Part shown: positions 39,110 through 52,730 of the stretch, piece after piece
How positions within the stretch are numbered: the first letter of the stretch is position 1
Layout of the letters: each line of letters starts with the position of its first letter
Translations under genes and position numbers: made by a program
Origin: Kudoa neothunni
Taxonomy: Eukaryota > Animalia > Cnidaria
Direction: 5' to 3'
Length of the DNA: 64,000 nucleotides
NCBI GenBank assembly: GCA_964304625.1
Contig: OZ199839.1
Span: 8,526,560-8,590,559, forward strand
The notes under the pieces: generated by a model
Seen by the model: the letters and a program-made list of their open reading frames with translations, nothing else
What the model was told of the DNA's origin: nothing
The model's database searches: none

Positions 39110-40922
39110 TCTACTACGTATATATAAAAGAGGAGTGTCTATATGTATGTTCACAAAGTACGCGTGTGTGACAAATTTTGTTCTCATAGAGTAATGAGAG
39201 ACATTAATGATATTTCTAATAATTTTTAGCAATGGAAAAATTATGAATGTATTTTTCCATTATCTAAAGTTATTAAATTACTTTTTAAATATTGTTTTTG
39301 TTGGTTTCATGTTTGTTCAACAGATTACGCAACTTCAATAATAGGATTAAATTTTCTTATTTCAGAGAGAATTTCAGTTAAAATAAACATTCTCCCCAAT
39401 ATACTTCAATCTACTGTTAATTTAATAATGTTGTCTATCATTATATACAAAGTGGTAGTCGCTATTTAGGTGTGTGCTTACATACACTCCTTACGCTGGG
39501 ACTTTTGATATGTCTTATTAATAACATTGTCAAAGTTTTATATATAGCTTTAAATAACACAAAAAGTTGCAAATCTGGTAAATAAAGAACGAATCGGTAG
39601 TGTATGTCATAATCAGACAGATAAAAACCTCTATTGCTGTGACTCAGTCTTCATATTTCGTTAAAGCGTTGGTTAAACTTGATTTAAGCGACAATTTTTG
39701 ATGTACACATTAAAATTTTACTTTATCCAATTATTAAAAATAGTTCTGCTCATATTAAGGAGTTGCGAAATTTTTTCGAGAAAAGAGTATATAAAAATGG
39801 GCCAGATAAATGGATATAAATTTCCGAAAAAAATTTGTCGTAGCAACTTACCGTCGAGTTATGCAGTTTTTACGATCTTCCTCAAATTATCTTAGTTTCA
39901 ACTGGGCTTATCACAATCGTTATATGTATGATATTTACAATAAAGGTTTATTCAGTTCCTTCCCTGAGTTATTCTAAAGGATTCATACTATTTTATTTTT
40001 TAAACGTATCCTTCTACAATAAGATATTCCCAATCCCGTGCGAATCTGGGCAGTTCGTGTTGATATTAACCCATGAAGGGCGGTGCTGGGAAAAATTCCA
40101 CTGGGAACGGTGGGGGATATTTTTGACCCCAGCAATTTTAGTCTCTTTTTGCGACTTTGCTTACCAAATCTCATAATTACAATTAATACGGTTGACAAGT
40201 AGTATTCTATCTATTTCATGTTTAGAAAAATTTATTTACCATCTACTGTATAAAGCAAACCGGAAATCTTTATGTGTACGCATTTTTCGTTCTTTATAGA
40301 GAGACATCGCTCCATTTGAGCACACATGTGGAATGATAACATTTTCTTTTAACACATTAAAATACTTAAAAAATTATAAAAGGTTTGCATTCTACAAAAT
40401 AACTAAAAACATTTTCACATAATATGATTGGTTTGATTTGAGGATTTATGCAAACATATAGATTTTTTCGTTAAAGTTATAAAAAGTTAACTATAAATGT
40501 ACCATAATGTTTATTATACTTTAAAATTATTGAAAAGTAATTTAGTAATTATATTAGTTCAAACAAGGAAGGTGATATTAGGTTATGTAGCCAATAATTA
40601 ATATGAAATTCATTTATTGATGTTTCACAAGATTAGTCCAAATCATATGGTATGATTTAGAGATTACTGTGATCAACAAGGAGAAAATTAATTTTTAGGA
40701 GCTTTAAAGAGGAAATTTTAAACGCTCATTGATGTTTATTCATTTTTAAAAATACTAAATGAATGAAATGCGTCCAATTAGTTAAATAAATCATCCTTTA
40801 ATTGGGTAATCTTTGTACTATTTATCTAAATAGTCTTAATTTACTTTGAACTTGACCTACTCAGGGCTTTAGCCTACTTGGTCGGGCAAGGAAACCTACG
40901 CGAAGCGGGGCGTTTGTGCTAG
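39110..40922 (+). mobile_element. Non-autonomous Helitron (~1.8 kb)
   Basis: 5' A|TCTACTACGTATATATAAAAG (alternative TC start at 39097); 3' GC-rich segment with CGCGAAGCG hairpin then CTAG|T; no TSD; related copies at 21902 and 27420. Confidence 0.7.
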
Positions 40923-41182
40923 TTTTCAAGAAAAAAAACACCAAAAAATTAGTATATTAATTAATACTGAATAAAATATAGACGTGAAGAATACAATGGT
41001 TGATAAGAGTTACGTTATATATTCAATGTATTGGTGAATGAAATTTTAATTATATTTTATCCTTTAATAGCAATGCTAAAAAATGACTATCCCAGAAAAT
41101 AAACGATTATTTATTAAAAAGATAATGCGATATTTAGAGAATATTTCAGAGAATTTAGAAAATCTGTAGTTGAAGAGAAAGA

Positions 41183-42234
41183 ATGGTTGACATTCCAACC
41201 CCCTCATACAACATATTGAACGATCCAACTATGATAAGACTTATGTGTCTTCTCTTTCTTTTTTCTTCCTCGGTCCCCTTATATGTACCATAATGATAGT
41301 TGATTTAGCGAACGGTAACGAAATATCAAATCCAATCCAAAAGTGTAACTTGGGTGTATGTATATTTATATATGTGATTGCTGCAATAATACCAATCGAT
41401 CTCTACGGCAGCTTGTATGACAAATCATTTGGTAATATTTATGGGTGTAAGTTTGTGCCTACCTTAACAACCTATACCTCTTTTGCAACATTACACTCTT
41501 AAATCTTGTTTCAAATATTCGTTATTACGCTGTTTGTAAACCATCGCATTATAAAAAATTATTCAAATATATAAATTGGATATTTTTAATATTGGCAATA
41601 CTGATCAGCCTGTTGACAATTCCTCATATGTGTCTCTACTCTATAATTCAACGTGACCAAGAAATATTAAAAAATGATGATTATTTATCTCATTTATTGA
41701 TGTTTATTAATTTTAAATAGATATGCGAAATAGCCTCATCACAAGATCTTACTAAAAAATTAATATACTCATTTCAGATTACGATCGTATATCTGTGCAC
41801 GACCATTACAATAATCGTCACTCAATACAAAATCTACAGTAAGTATAATTTATTAGAAAAACCAATTAACAAGGACGTGAAAACTTCCCATTCTCAGCAA
41901 GATAAAACTGTAATGCTTTATTAATTATATATTTATAATATAATTACTATTTGAAAAATTCCTCAGTCGAAAATAATGAAAACCTTAATAAAACTTGAAT
42001 ATTCAATAAAGTATTCCTATATTTGGCGATAAATGCGACCATATTCCTTGTTGTGTTTACATCATATTCAGTGGTAAAATTATTATCAGTTTTTTCATTC
42101 AATCTTGATCTCATAGTATATAGAAACTGTGTTGTTTTTATATTGTTTTACCCAGCATCACATTTTCTCGTAAGTCTTTATTCGAATCTGCACTACGTGA
42201 GAGTCAAAGGATAATTTTACGTATTCAAAGATGA
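41183..42234 (+). pseudogene. Pseudogene of the 7TM receptor family, closest to 44452-45502
   Basis: Near-collinear with 44452, including introns, but has several frameshifts in exon 1, donor GT>TT at 41667, acceptor AG>AA near 41956, and TCA>TGA at 41996. Confidence 0.88.
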
Positions 42235-42616
42235 TCGATAGAGATATTTCATTAACGTAAATTCATTAGATGAAAAATATACGAATAATGTTATTATACT
42301 TCTTTTGAAGTTCAGTTTTAAATTGAAATAAGTCATATTTCTGTGGACGCTTCCCATATAAATACTACTGTTACAAGCACAAAATGTTATTGATTTGAAA
42401 TTGGTTATTTTAATGATAAATATTATTTATATGTCCTTAATTTTTACTATATTAAATTATTCTCGGTTCAATATTTCGCTCTTAGGTGCTTTTGGGAGAA
42501 CCCTTACACTTTTTCGCTCTATCAAAATTCACTTTTAGCGATAACTGTAGAATATGCGAAATAATTGATTATATATATTTTAATCTCATTTATAATATTT
42601 AATATTAGTTTATAGA

Positions 42617-44292
42617 GTTAAATTGCAGAATAATGGTAGAATTTTCAGATTAAAATTATAATTAATTCCAATACTAATCCTAAATTTCTAAACCGAAATT
42701 AATGTTATATTTATGCCGTAATTTCTGCCAGTAATGACTTAGTTTCATTCAATATATTAGTTTTGATGTTATGATTATACATTTGCTACAATTGAACACC
42801 TAATGCTTACATAGAATATGAATTTTTTTTTATAAGATACAGATTTAATAATAACCAATTGCTAAGGATGAAATATGGCAATCCTACAAAGTTAGAGTCG
42901 TCCAACTAAAATCCTAGAATACATGAAGCATGCTTTACTTTAGCCGGCTTAATTGATGATATAGCCTGTTGAAATAATTGTGAGGGGCTATGAGTTCTCT
43001 ATATTAATAGGTTACTTCAAGTGCTATTGTGATGACAAATTGCGATTCCTGAAAGTATCCTGCTGATGGCGAAACACCGATAAATATTCATTATTAAATT
43101 ATTCGACGAGTTGGCTTTTGTATGTTGTCGCTGATTTTAATTACGGACATTAAAAATATTTTTAATCAAATAAATTAACAAAAATGATTATTATTAAGTT
43201 TCCAATTTAAAAATTATAAAATTTAATTATGCACGATAAAAAGAAAGACCAAAATTATGTTAGGGGATTAATACTTGAACATGTGATATTGTACGGTTAG
43301 AAACGCTATTATACCCTTAAACATGATGCGCACTACTCTTCAAAGATTAGTTGTACATATAGAGTTTATGAAGAGATTATTGAATTACGAAACCAAATTT
43401 TAAGAATTCTTCCCTGTAATAATCTATTAAGATAAGGCATTGGCTGTTGACACGGAAGTTTTTAATCCAAAGTGGCAACTACGCTTGCGTAGTGCACATT
43501 CTTAATCTTAGCTATTCCTATTTGCAGTGGATTTATAAAGTTTTTTTAAGAGTCTGCTGTATTTGATCATTTCTGACCCATCGCTACCGTTCTTAGGATC
43601 AAAAACAATTAAATACAGTCAAAATTATACTTACATGGATATTATGATTTGGATCAATGGCCACTCCCTAAAAATTAATATCTTATTTAATAATGAATAA
43701 AATAGTGTAGTGAAATAACCTTTGTACTATTTTAACTACTATCGGTTTAATTATTACAAACAGCCTCTTACGATGAGCCGCTCGTTAGTTATGAATAAAG
43801 ATCTGAATAAGTTAGTAATGAATATTTATCAATGTTTCGCCATCAGCAGGATACTTTTAAAGACCTCAATTTGTCATCCTGATATCATTTGAAGTAATCT
43901 ATTAATATAGAGAACTCATAGCCCCTCACAATTATTTCAACAGGCTATATCATCAATTAAGCCGGCTTAAGTAAAGCATGCTTTGTGTATTCTAGAATTT
44001 TAGTTGGACGACTCTAACTTTGTAGGATTGCCATATTTCATCCTTAGCAATTGGTTATTATTAAATCTGTATCTTATAAAAAAAAATTCATATTCTATGT
44101 AAGCATTAGGTGTTCAATTGTAGCAAATGTATAATCATAACATCAAAACTAATATATTGAATGAAACTAAGTCATTACTGGCAGAAATTACGGCATAAAT
44201 ATAATATTAATTTCGGTTTAGAAATTTAGGATTAGTATTGGAATTAATTATAATTTTAATCTGAAAATTCTACCATTATTCTGCATTTTAAC
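42617..44292. repeat. Long near-perfect inverted repeat: 488-bp arms (42617-43104, 43805-44292) with a 700-bp spacer; fold-back/long-TIR element
   Basis: Arms are reverse complements base by base; by eye ~6 mismatches in the outer ~395 bp and ~17 in the inner ~94 bp. Confidence 0.93.
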
Positions 44293-44451
44293 CGGTTTAG
44301 TGATAATTACAATTTTAAGTAAATTTTATCATTTAATTGTACTTCTAAAATAGATATATACCAACATATAAACGATTATCTATTAAAAAGATAATACAAT
44401 ATTTGGAGGATATTTTAAAGGTTTTCGAATATCTGTAGATCAAGTCGAAAA

Positions 44452-45502
44452 ATGGATCCTCCGCTAACAACCCCATACAACATACGGAACGATCCAACCG
44501 CATTAGGACTTTTGTGCTTTGTTCTGATTTTTTTCTTTCTCAATCTCCTATTCTGTACTATAATGATAGTTGGTTTGGTGAAAGGTGGGCTAATTTCGAA
44601 TCCGATCCAAAAATGCAACTTGGGAGTGTATATATTTATATATGTGGTTGCAGCAATAGTACCAATCGATATATACGGTCAATTTTTTTGTCCTTCGTAT
44701 GGGACAATCTATGGGTGTAGATTTTCTGCCTACCTTAACAACCTATACCTCTATGGCAACATTACACTCTTAAATCTTGTTTCGGTTATCCGTTATTACG
44801 CAGTCTGTGAACCATCGCATTATAAAAAATTATTCAAATATATAAATTGGATATTGTTAATATTGGCAGTACTGATCAATCTGTTGACAATTCCTCATAT
44901 GTGGCTCTACTCTATATTTGAGCACGGCCAAGAAATAGTAAAAAAATGACGATTATTTGTCTCATTTATTGATGTTTATTAACTTTGAACAGATTTGCGA
45001 AATAGCACCATCAAAGAATTATGCTAAACAGTTTATATACTCATTCCAGATTGCGATAGTATACCTGGGCACGGCCATTACAATAATTGTCACTCAATAT
45101 AAAATCTACAATAAGTATAATTTAATTGAAAAATCAGTGAACAACGACATCCAAATTTCCCATTCTAAACAAGATAAAACCGTAACTCCTGTATTATTTT
45201 TATAATATGATTATTCTTTGAAGAATTCAACATTGGAAACTGAGGGGAAACGGAATAAAACTTCAATTTTCAATAAAGTATTCATTTATTTGTTGTTGAA
45301 CGCCACCATTTTCCTTATTGTCTTTACACCGTACTCGATTGTAAAACTATTATTGGTATTTTCGATAAAACTCGATCTCGTCATATACAAGTGTTGTGTC
45401 ATTTTCATCCTATGCTACCCATTTTTATATTCCCTCGTCAATCTTGTCTTCGATTCCGCATTACGTGAAACTCTAAAGAAAATATTCCATATTCGAAAAT
45501 GA
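44452..45502 (+). CDS. Divergent rhodopsin-like 7TM receptor, ~317 aa; exons 44452-44937, 44993-45181, 45224-45502
   Basis: Paralogue of 17291; SVIRYYAVCEP, FLIVFTPY, NLVFDSALR; canonical phase-0 introns. Confidence 0.87.
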
Positions 45503-47654
45503 TCAAAAAAGATCTTTTATCAATTATATATTAATCCTATAAAATACATACCATATTTTTTATTACGATTTTCTTGAAATGTGCTTTTTTATCTTTTCTC
45601 TATTTAACAAATTCTTCATTCAATAACATTGTTAGAATTTTTATTAGCGTACCCTATAAATTATAACAAGCTTAAAACGATGTTAACATTTAAGCAAATA
45701 TTGTTTTAAGTTTTTTAAATATACGAACAAAAAATGATTAAATTACTCATTGGAGATTATTCGCTAAAAGGGTGTTGGTTATTGTATACCATGTAGCTCC
45801 CCTAACATAGCCTTATTTCGAGGGTTTTTTCTCCGAAAACCACAGCATAAAATTATTCCTCACAAAAAGAATATGGAGTGATATGCTTTTAGTACCATAA
45901 ACGAATTAACAGTTTTTCTGATTAATCTAATCTCGGTTGTTGTTGTCGTCTACCGTTTTATTCTGTTTACCAACATGCATTTGTTCATTTCAACATAAAC
46001 CCGTATGATTTCTTATAGTTTTCGCCTAGAAATGAACTAATAATTATTTTACAATTAATATTACCCACAAATACGCCCGTTTGCATTCTCAATCGAACTA
46101 ATATAATATTCATGCAATTAATTACGATAAATGCTATCACTCAATTTTATTTGTTTTACAATTGCATATGATAATCTCAAAATTTTTTATATTAGTATCC
46201 GCGATATTTATCTTTGGTTAATTAACATTTTATTTTAAGAATGAATAAATAAATTTTCCATATATACATGAAAATAGCTAAGTAAATTCATCAAATTTAC
46301 AAGTAAATGACTTATAATAGTAATATTAATTCGTAAAAATATTATAAAATAATTCTATATATTCTTGTCTTTATTCTGTCTAATAGAAAAAGTTAACTTA
46401 CACAAAATATTTATATTATTTGTGAGTAATAAAAAGCAACAAAAAAATACATTAAGAAACCAATTTCACATAATCCCCTCGGGACCAAGGAAAAAGTGCG
46501 TAAAACCGGTCACGTCCAGTTTCACGCACTTGCGTGCGCAATTATTCAGAAAAAATTGACATTTAACAATAATTAAATTGCGTTTATAAAGGCTAATTAA
46601 CTATATATTAATTTTTCAACGATAATTAAAACTCGAGAAACGTGTTAACAGCACAAAAATACTTTTCAACGATCTATGAAATACACTTCTTGTTGCAATC
46701 GGTAGAATAAGGCAGTTTCGTCTACATTGTAAATATAATTTTCAGAGTATCTTTTGAAAAATATTCTGTTTTAATTGGTCTATTACGAAGTAGTTTCAGA
46801 TGTAGCAACAGTAGATTAGCTAATAAAATTTGATTTTTTAATGTTGGACCTTTTTTAAAAGAGCGAAACCTACCATAAATTGCACACCAAGGTAAACCTA
46901 TTTCTTTGACCAATTGATTTCTCTTGATAATTATCGTGACGACGCTTACTACAATTTTTCTGTTCCGTGTCCACCCAATCCACTCATATTCATAGTCATC
47001 TTCATCAACAGAATTAAATTGTTTTGCGTGAAAATGATTTCTATTCTTAGATTATACAACCATTTATAGGTTTAGATTATTTTATTTTTCATCTCTAGGA
47101 TGCCATTAGGAGTCTGAATAATAGATAGTTTAAAATGTGATACAGTGACAGTTTTTGGTTCGTTAGATTGAAGACTTTCATAATAATTAATAATATTGTA
47201 CTCTTCGATAGTAGGTATAGTTATAGGAGTTTATGGCATTAAATATTGATTTAACAAAATAATAAACATGAAATAATCGAAAAAATACGTGAAATCGTTC
47301 CGTCACGTGACATTTAATCACTTTATTTAGCAACTTTTTAAAATAATTTTTTTACAATTTTTGATTGAAATATTATAAAAAACATATTATGTATACAATG
47401 ACTAATAAATATTCTAACTAAATTGGTTTTTAAAAAGTGAGTGAAATTGGTTACCTACTATATTACTGTTTCGACATTTTTTATAATCACGTTAAATGAG
47501 AAGTTGTTCATTCATTAATTGCTGTATGTTGATATTTGATGATTTTTAAAAATCATTTGTAGTAATCATTGCGAGAACGTATATTATAGATAATTAAATA
47601 GTCGTACCTTTTTATGATTTAAATATTTGTTCATCTCTAATAAAATTTAAGATA

Positions 47655-49391
47655 CAGTGGGTAGCTGATTTTCCTTAATTTTCATGGGACCATTCTGCTC
47701 ACGCGAAAATTACCTATTTTAAAGAAATTAATTTCATTTATACACTCATCTCCTTTTATTGAAATAATATGTTATTTTTATTTATATTTTTAAAGAAGAA
47801 TATCGTAATTTTATCATCTTAACTCATTATTTCGTCTAGAAAATTAATTATTTTCTGTGGTATATTTATTCTGCTTGTTTAGAAATTTAAATATATCTTT
47901 TTCTGCTATAAATCCTGTCAGTCCTAAATCTTCAGTTTCAGAGTCCGCAAATTCAACAATCAAAGGAGCAAGCTCGTCAACGTGTTCTAATGTAATCATA
48001 ATGACTTCCTCTTGAATAATCTCGGAATTTACAGCTGAGAATTCTTTATTGCTTAAATTAATATTTAATGAACGCTCATATTTTCTGAATCAGTTATATA
48101 CAATATCCTTTGAAACAACGTCCCATGATTTTTTAATTAGGAACAATGTTTGAAGCATACTTTGGGAGGATGTATTTATATCACTGCTAACTGCAGCAAT
48201 ATGTTTTTCTATTAAATTATTTTTGTAATTTAATAGGAATGAGAAAATGATTCCATGGTCTAATAATTGCAAAACACTAGTTGAATTTTTTGAAAATTAT
48301 ATAAGAGAGATACTCTATAAATGAACTTTGTTCGTGGCACGTAGCATTATTAAGAAGTAGCAAAACTTTCTTGTACTTCGTTTTGAATTCATCGTTAAAA
48401 TTAGGAAGATATATCTCAAATGATTCCCTAGTTATCCATTCTTTCCTTTTTGATTTATATTTTACTGGAAATATTTTGTTTAGCACTTAAAAAAAACAAC
48501 ATGATTTTTGTGATTTCCACCCACAAAAGGTTCACTGCAACCTCCAGGCGTAGATGCATGTCGCAAAACAGTAACTATCTTTTTTGCTCTTGAAAAAAAC
48601 ATAGCATTAAAAATAATGGATCTCTTTGTTTCTACTAAAATAATGCAGTTTCGTCATGGTTATAGATACAGCCATCGTTGTTACCTTTGACTTAGTCATT
48701 CCAAGTTAGGTTACCAATTTTCTACAAAACTTTAGTCAATATAAACAGCATCACCATGAGCAGTGATATTTTTAAATTAAATAGTGATTTAAAACCAAGA
48801 AACCAATCATGGATCATTACTACACTTAGATTCAATTCTTTTGTCAATTGGTTTCTTTCATGTATGATATCATGATCAGATAGTTCATTATTTTTATCTC
48901 AAATAATTCACACAGTCATACTATAGTATCGATGTCGTTATTTGAACACTGTTTAATATTATTTCTCTCTGAAGAAGCCAAGTCAGATTATATGATAAAA
49001 CTATATCTTTCTTCCTAATCAAGATAATATCTAGAGTAGAAATAGAAAGAAGCTTATATTTACTAATATTAGTGTTTTTGCACTCCTGTTAAGTATACTT
49101 TTAAAAAAATCAATAAATTTATATTTTAATTGTATTATTTCCTCATTTTTAACTTTTTCAGTCATTATAAATGTAATAAAGGCACACCACTAAATCCGCC
49201 TAGAGCTGAAAAGTTACGGAAAATCGGTTAAACGCTAATAATGTGAAAACCCCCACTTTTAAACATTCAATTTTTAAAATTTATGTAAATTAACATCAAA
49301 ATCTAAAAATAAAATCCAAAATATGGTTTTAAATATTAAAACAATATTCTAATGGAAGAAAGTCCGAAGTTACCGAAAATCGGTCACTACT

Positions 49392-49392
<1 letters not shown>
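47655..49392 (-). mobile_element. Decayed pogo/Tigger transposon (DDE_1 remnants)
   Basis: TA|CAGTGGGTAGCTGATTTTCC ... GAAAATCGGTCACTACTG|TA; minus-strand remnants YKSKRKEWITRESF, VLLLLNNATCH, QLLDHGIIFSF, KKSWDVVS. Confidence 0.8.

Positions 49393-49419
<27 letters not shown>
49393..49419. repeat. (TAG)9 microsatellite between two TIR elements
   Basis: Directly visible. Confidence 0.9.
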
Positions 49420-49422
<3 letters not shown>

Positions 49423-49959
49423 GCAACCGATAATACGCATTCTTTTCGGCCAAATCACGTAGTTTAAATTGTTTTTATTGGAAGCGAGGGAGAAATTTTA
49501 ATTCTGACGGTTTAATCTTTAAACGAATAGAAAAATATTTTTGAGATATCTATCAAAAAATGATCATTTCCATAAAAATGAGAATAGAATAAATTCTATT
49601 TCAAGACAATGTTAGTTGTCAATTAAAGAATGTTATAGATGCACATAAATAAAGATTTTGGGGTAAAAATATAAAGAAATTTTTTCATATTGTGCAAAAC
49701 AATGAATAAGAAATAAAATTGCATTTATAATTTTTAGAAACTGGCCATTCACCAAATTTTATTCTAATGTTAAAAAACAAATATTTTATCAATAAATATG
49801 ATTAAAATAAAAATTGTAGATTATTTTTCAATCAATGATCTTAATAATGTTTTGTGTTATTCTTTATAAATAAAAAATGTAATACCCGTGTTGAAAAATA
49901 AAGAAAACAAAAACTTAACCAAGCACGCATTTTTAGTGCTTATTATCGGTTGCCTATTG
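49417..49959. mobile_element. Tc1/mariner-type MITE (~540 bp)
   Basis: TIR (TAGTG/CAATA)GGCAACCGATAATA at both ends; right end followed by TA. Confidence 0.7.
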
Positions 49960-50570
49960 TATGCGAAATGTTAAATCATTTTGTTAAGCTATAAACCAAT
50001 TAGTAGATACAGGTATTGATTTTGAGGCATCATTAGGAATTCATTAGTTTTATTGATAAAAACTTATCGAGAATCCCCCATTTTTGCTCTCATCAGTTCA
50101 ATCCACTCTTTCAATGGTAGATCAAATTCCACATTTTCTCCTTTTGCGAGTTTTTCTCAATTTGGAACAGTAAAATCGTTATAACAACTAATCTGTATGT
50201 TTATAATAGTATTCATGGCAGATCTTGCTTATACATCATAAACCTTCATTGTTTCAAATTTAGCGATGGAATTTCTCGTTACTTTTTGATAATGTTTCAT
50301 TAATTCAACTTTTAGGATAGAGTTAGAATTCTTCTACCGTCGCTTGATGCACAAGTCATAATCATCGAACTTAGATAAAATTCATTACACACGACCCATT
50401 ACTGTTCATGACACGCAACAAGCACCACAAACTATCGATAATGTAATTCAACTTAAGTCACATTAAGTAATATGTTGCTAATGTTATAAAGTTTACCGAG
50501 TGTAAGTTAAATTTTTTAAAATTTAATTAGTTTATCTTTTATCTGCTTTTTTATTATTTGATCTCATTAA

Positions 50571-51864
50571 CCCTCCAAGCACGTAAAAATCTCCTATACT
50601 CCACTTCGTTTTTGGGGCCCAATGAACCCCACTTTTTATTGTGAATTTTAGTTTATAAAATCATATTGATTAACTTTTGTCAACTAAAAAATAATTCTAT
50701 CGAATGAATAAGGAAGAAATCTAAGAATACGGTAGAACCGATATATTCCGATCATTCAATTTGCGTTGTATCTACATATATGTTGGGAAAAAATTAGTTT
50801 TCATACTCGTAACAATATATATTTAAGTTAATTAACCATAATAAAATATTTGTAAAGGTAAATTATTTATAATTTCACAATTAACTCAATATACATTAAG
50901 TAAATAGTCATTAATTAATTATTAAAGTTTGCTATTTTTATTAACTTTTGGTTTGTAAAATGCATAAAAAAAATTTTATTTAATACGGATTCATAAAGAA
51001 CGACATGCATTATTTATCCTCTTAATGGTTTAAGAATCAATACCCTCCAAATAAAAATGGGGTAGAAATGTACTTCGCACTTTCATCTCATAAAATTGTC
51101 TTAAATAAAAACTAATATCGACAGAAAAAATACGAGCAAAATTCTTCGTTTGAGTTTTGCACAAACGATCAATTATTAAAGTTGTCTTGCTTGCGAACGC
51201 GCGAAAATTACATGTTGATACGTTACTTTGGAATATGATTGTATTTCTGGGGAGTTTTCATTTGGCAAATAATTCAAATAATTTAATTACTTTATGCTAA
51301 TTTATCTTCTTTTAAACAATACGATATAATATTACGAATAAGCACACAAAATAATAGTAAACAGTGATTATTTCACAAAACAGTTACCACATGTGTTTTT
51401 GAATGTCCTCCGCAACACGAAACTATGCAAAATGATGATCATTCACCGTAAATCGAATAATCAGTGTAAGAGTCATCATAATCTGAGGAGCTATGGCTGT
51501 ATTCAGACTAGGATGACATGTTTACAGTGACGTCGCGTTAATATCACTTTGTCGTATTTAGTTATTTATTTAATATTTAATCGGTAAAATTCTCCAAAAA
51601 TTTAAATAATCATATTAACTAATTTTTACTTTCATTTTACAAAATAAAATCATGGGGTCCATTGGATCCCAAAAACGACGTGATGTAAGTAGTTGTTATT
51701 CTACATTGGAAAAAAATCTCCCATGATTTTTGAACAAATATTATGAAAACGTATTGCATTTGGAGGAACAATATTGGCTCATAACCTATTTGAATTACAG
51801 ATGAAGTGCAGATGGTTCAGACATTTGCGTTTGAGTCCAATGTACCCCACACAGGCTTGGGAGG
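50571..51864. mobile_element. Non-autonomous piggyBac-like element
   Basis: TTAA|CCCTCCAAGC ... GCTTGGGAGG|TTAA; internal inverted motif CGTTTTTGGGGCCCAATGAACCCCA / TGGGGTCCATTGGATCCCAAAAACG. Confidence 0.75.
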
Positions 51865-52298
51865 TTAAGTTCATCCAATCTTAAATCTGGACATCTGTTG
51901 TAAAATCCTTCCTCTTAGCAAAATTCCTTCTCTTAAAATTGGCGAAACTGGATTCATATGATGAAGTAATTTCATAAAGAGAATATAAAGCGGGAATATT
52001 GAATTGATGAATCTTAATTGTCATTACATTTTGAGGAGGGACGGTTTCAAAGAATTTCACTATTTCATATTTTTATTTAATTGCAATAGCGCAAATGGAT
52101 AAGCGATATGACAAGTTTACAACAACAAAAATCGATAAAGTTTGTGATCGCTATTAATACTAGGCGGATTCTCGCAGCCTTGATGGAAGTCGCGATCTCA
52201 CTTATTTCATTAACGTTCTACGGTTCTTGTCACCAGCGACGATAGCTAGTGATCGCGTAAAATCCGCGGGCAGTGTAGAAACACGAAAGGATAATTCT

Positions 52299-52730
52299 TT
52301 GATTTTCAAATTTCTGGGTTCGGGATTTTTATTTTTTTAAATTTGTTATATTTTTTTGTTCTCATTTTATTTTGAGAAGTAATTAACATTCTTAGATTAA
52401 CTTTATGTTCTGCTTTGGCATATTTATGAATTTTCTTATGAATAATTAATAAACACTTTTTTCAAAAATAAATGTACTTTTTCACTTGGTGATCCTGTTT
52501 TTATAATCTGTCTGCATCCACGACCCTCATTCAACATGCGTGAAAGAAGACACAGAGCTTCCAGCTTATTTGGAAATCGGTGAGTCAATAGAAACGCATT
52601 TGGAGCACTCGGAGAAACATCATCATAGTCGTCACTGTTATAATATTTCATACTTAAAATAAATATTTGGTGAAAAATTGAGTATTATCGAAATTCGTTT
52701 CTCCCGAAAATCCCGAAATTTGCAAGTCTA
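52299..52730. mobile_element. hAT-type MITE (432 bp)
   Basis: Imperfect TIR TTGATTTTCAAATTTC / TAGACTTGCAAATTTC with subterminal TTCGGGA repeats; 8-bp TSD ATAATTCT / ATAATACT (7 of 8 match). Confidence 0.7.

Noticed and set aside
46480-47320. Possible decayed TE or gene around ORF 46722-46913
   Set aside because: Some coding-like text, but no recognisable motif, TIR pair or TSD.
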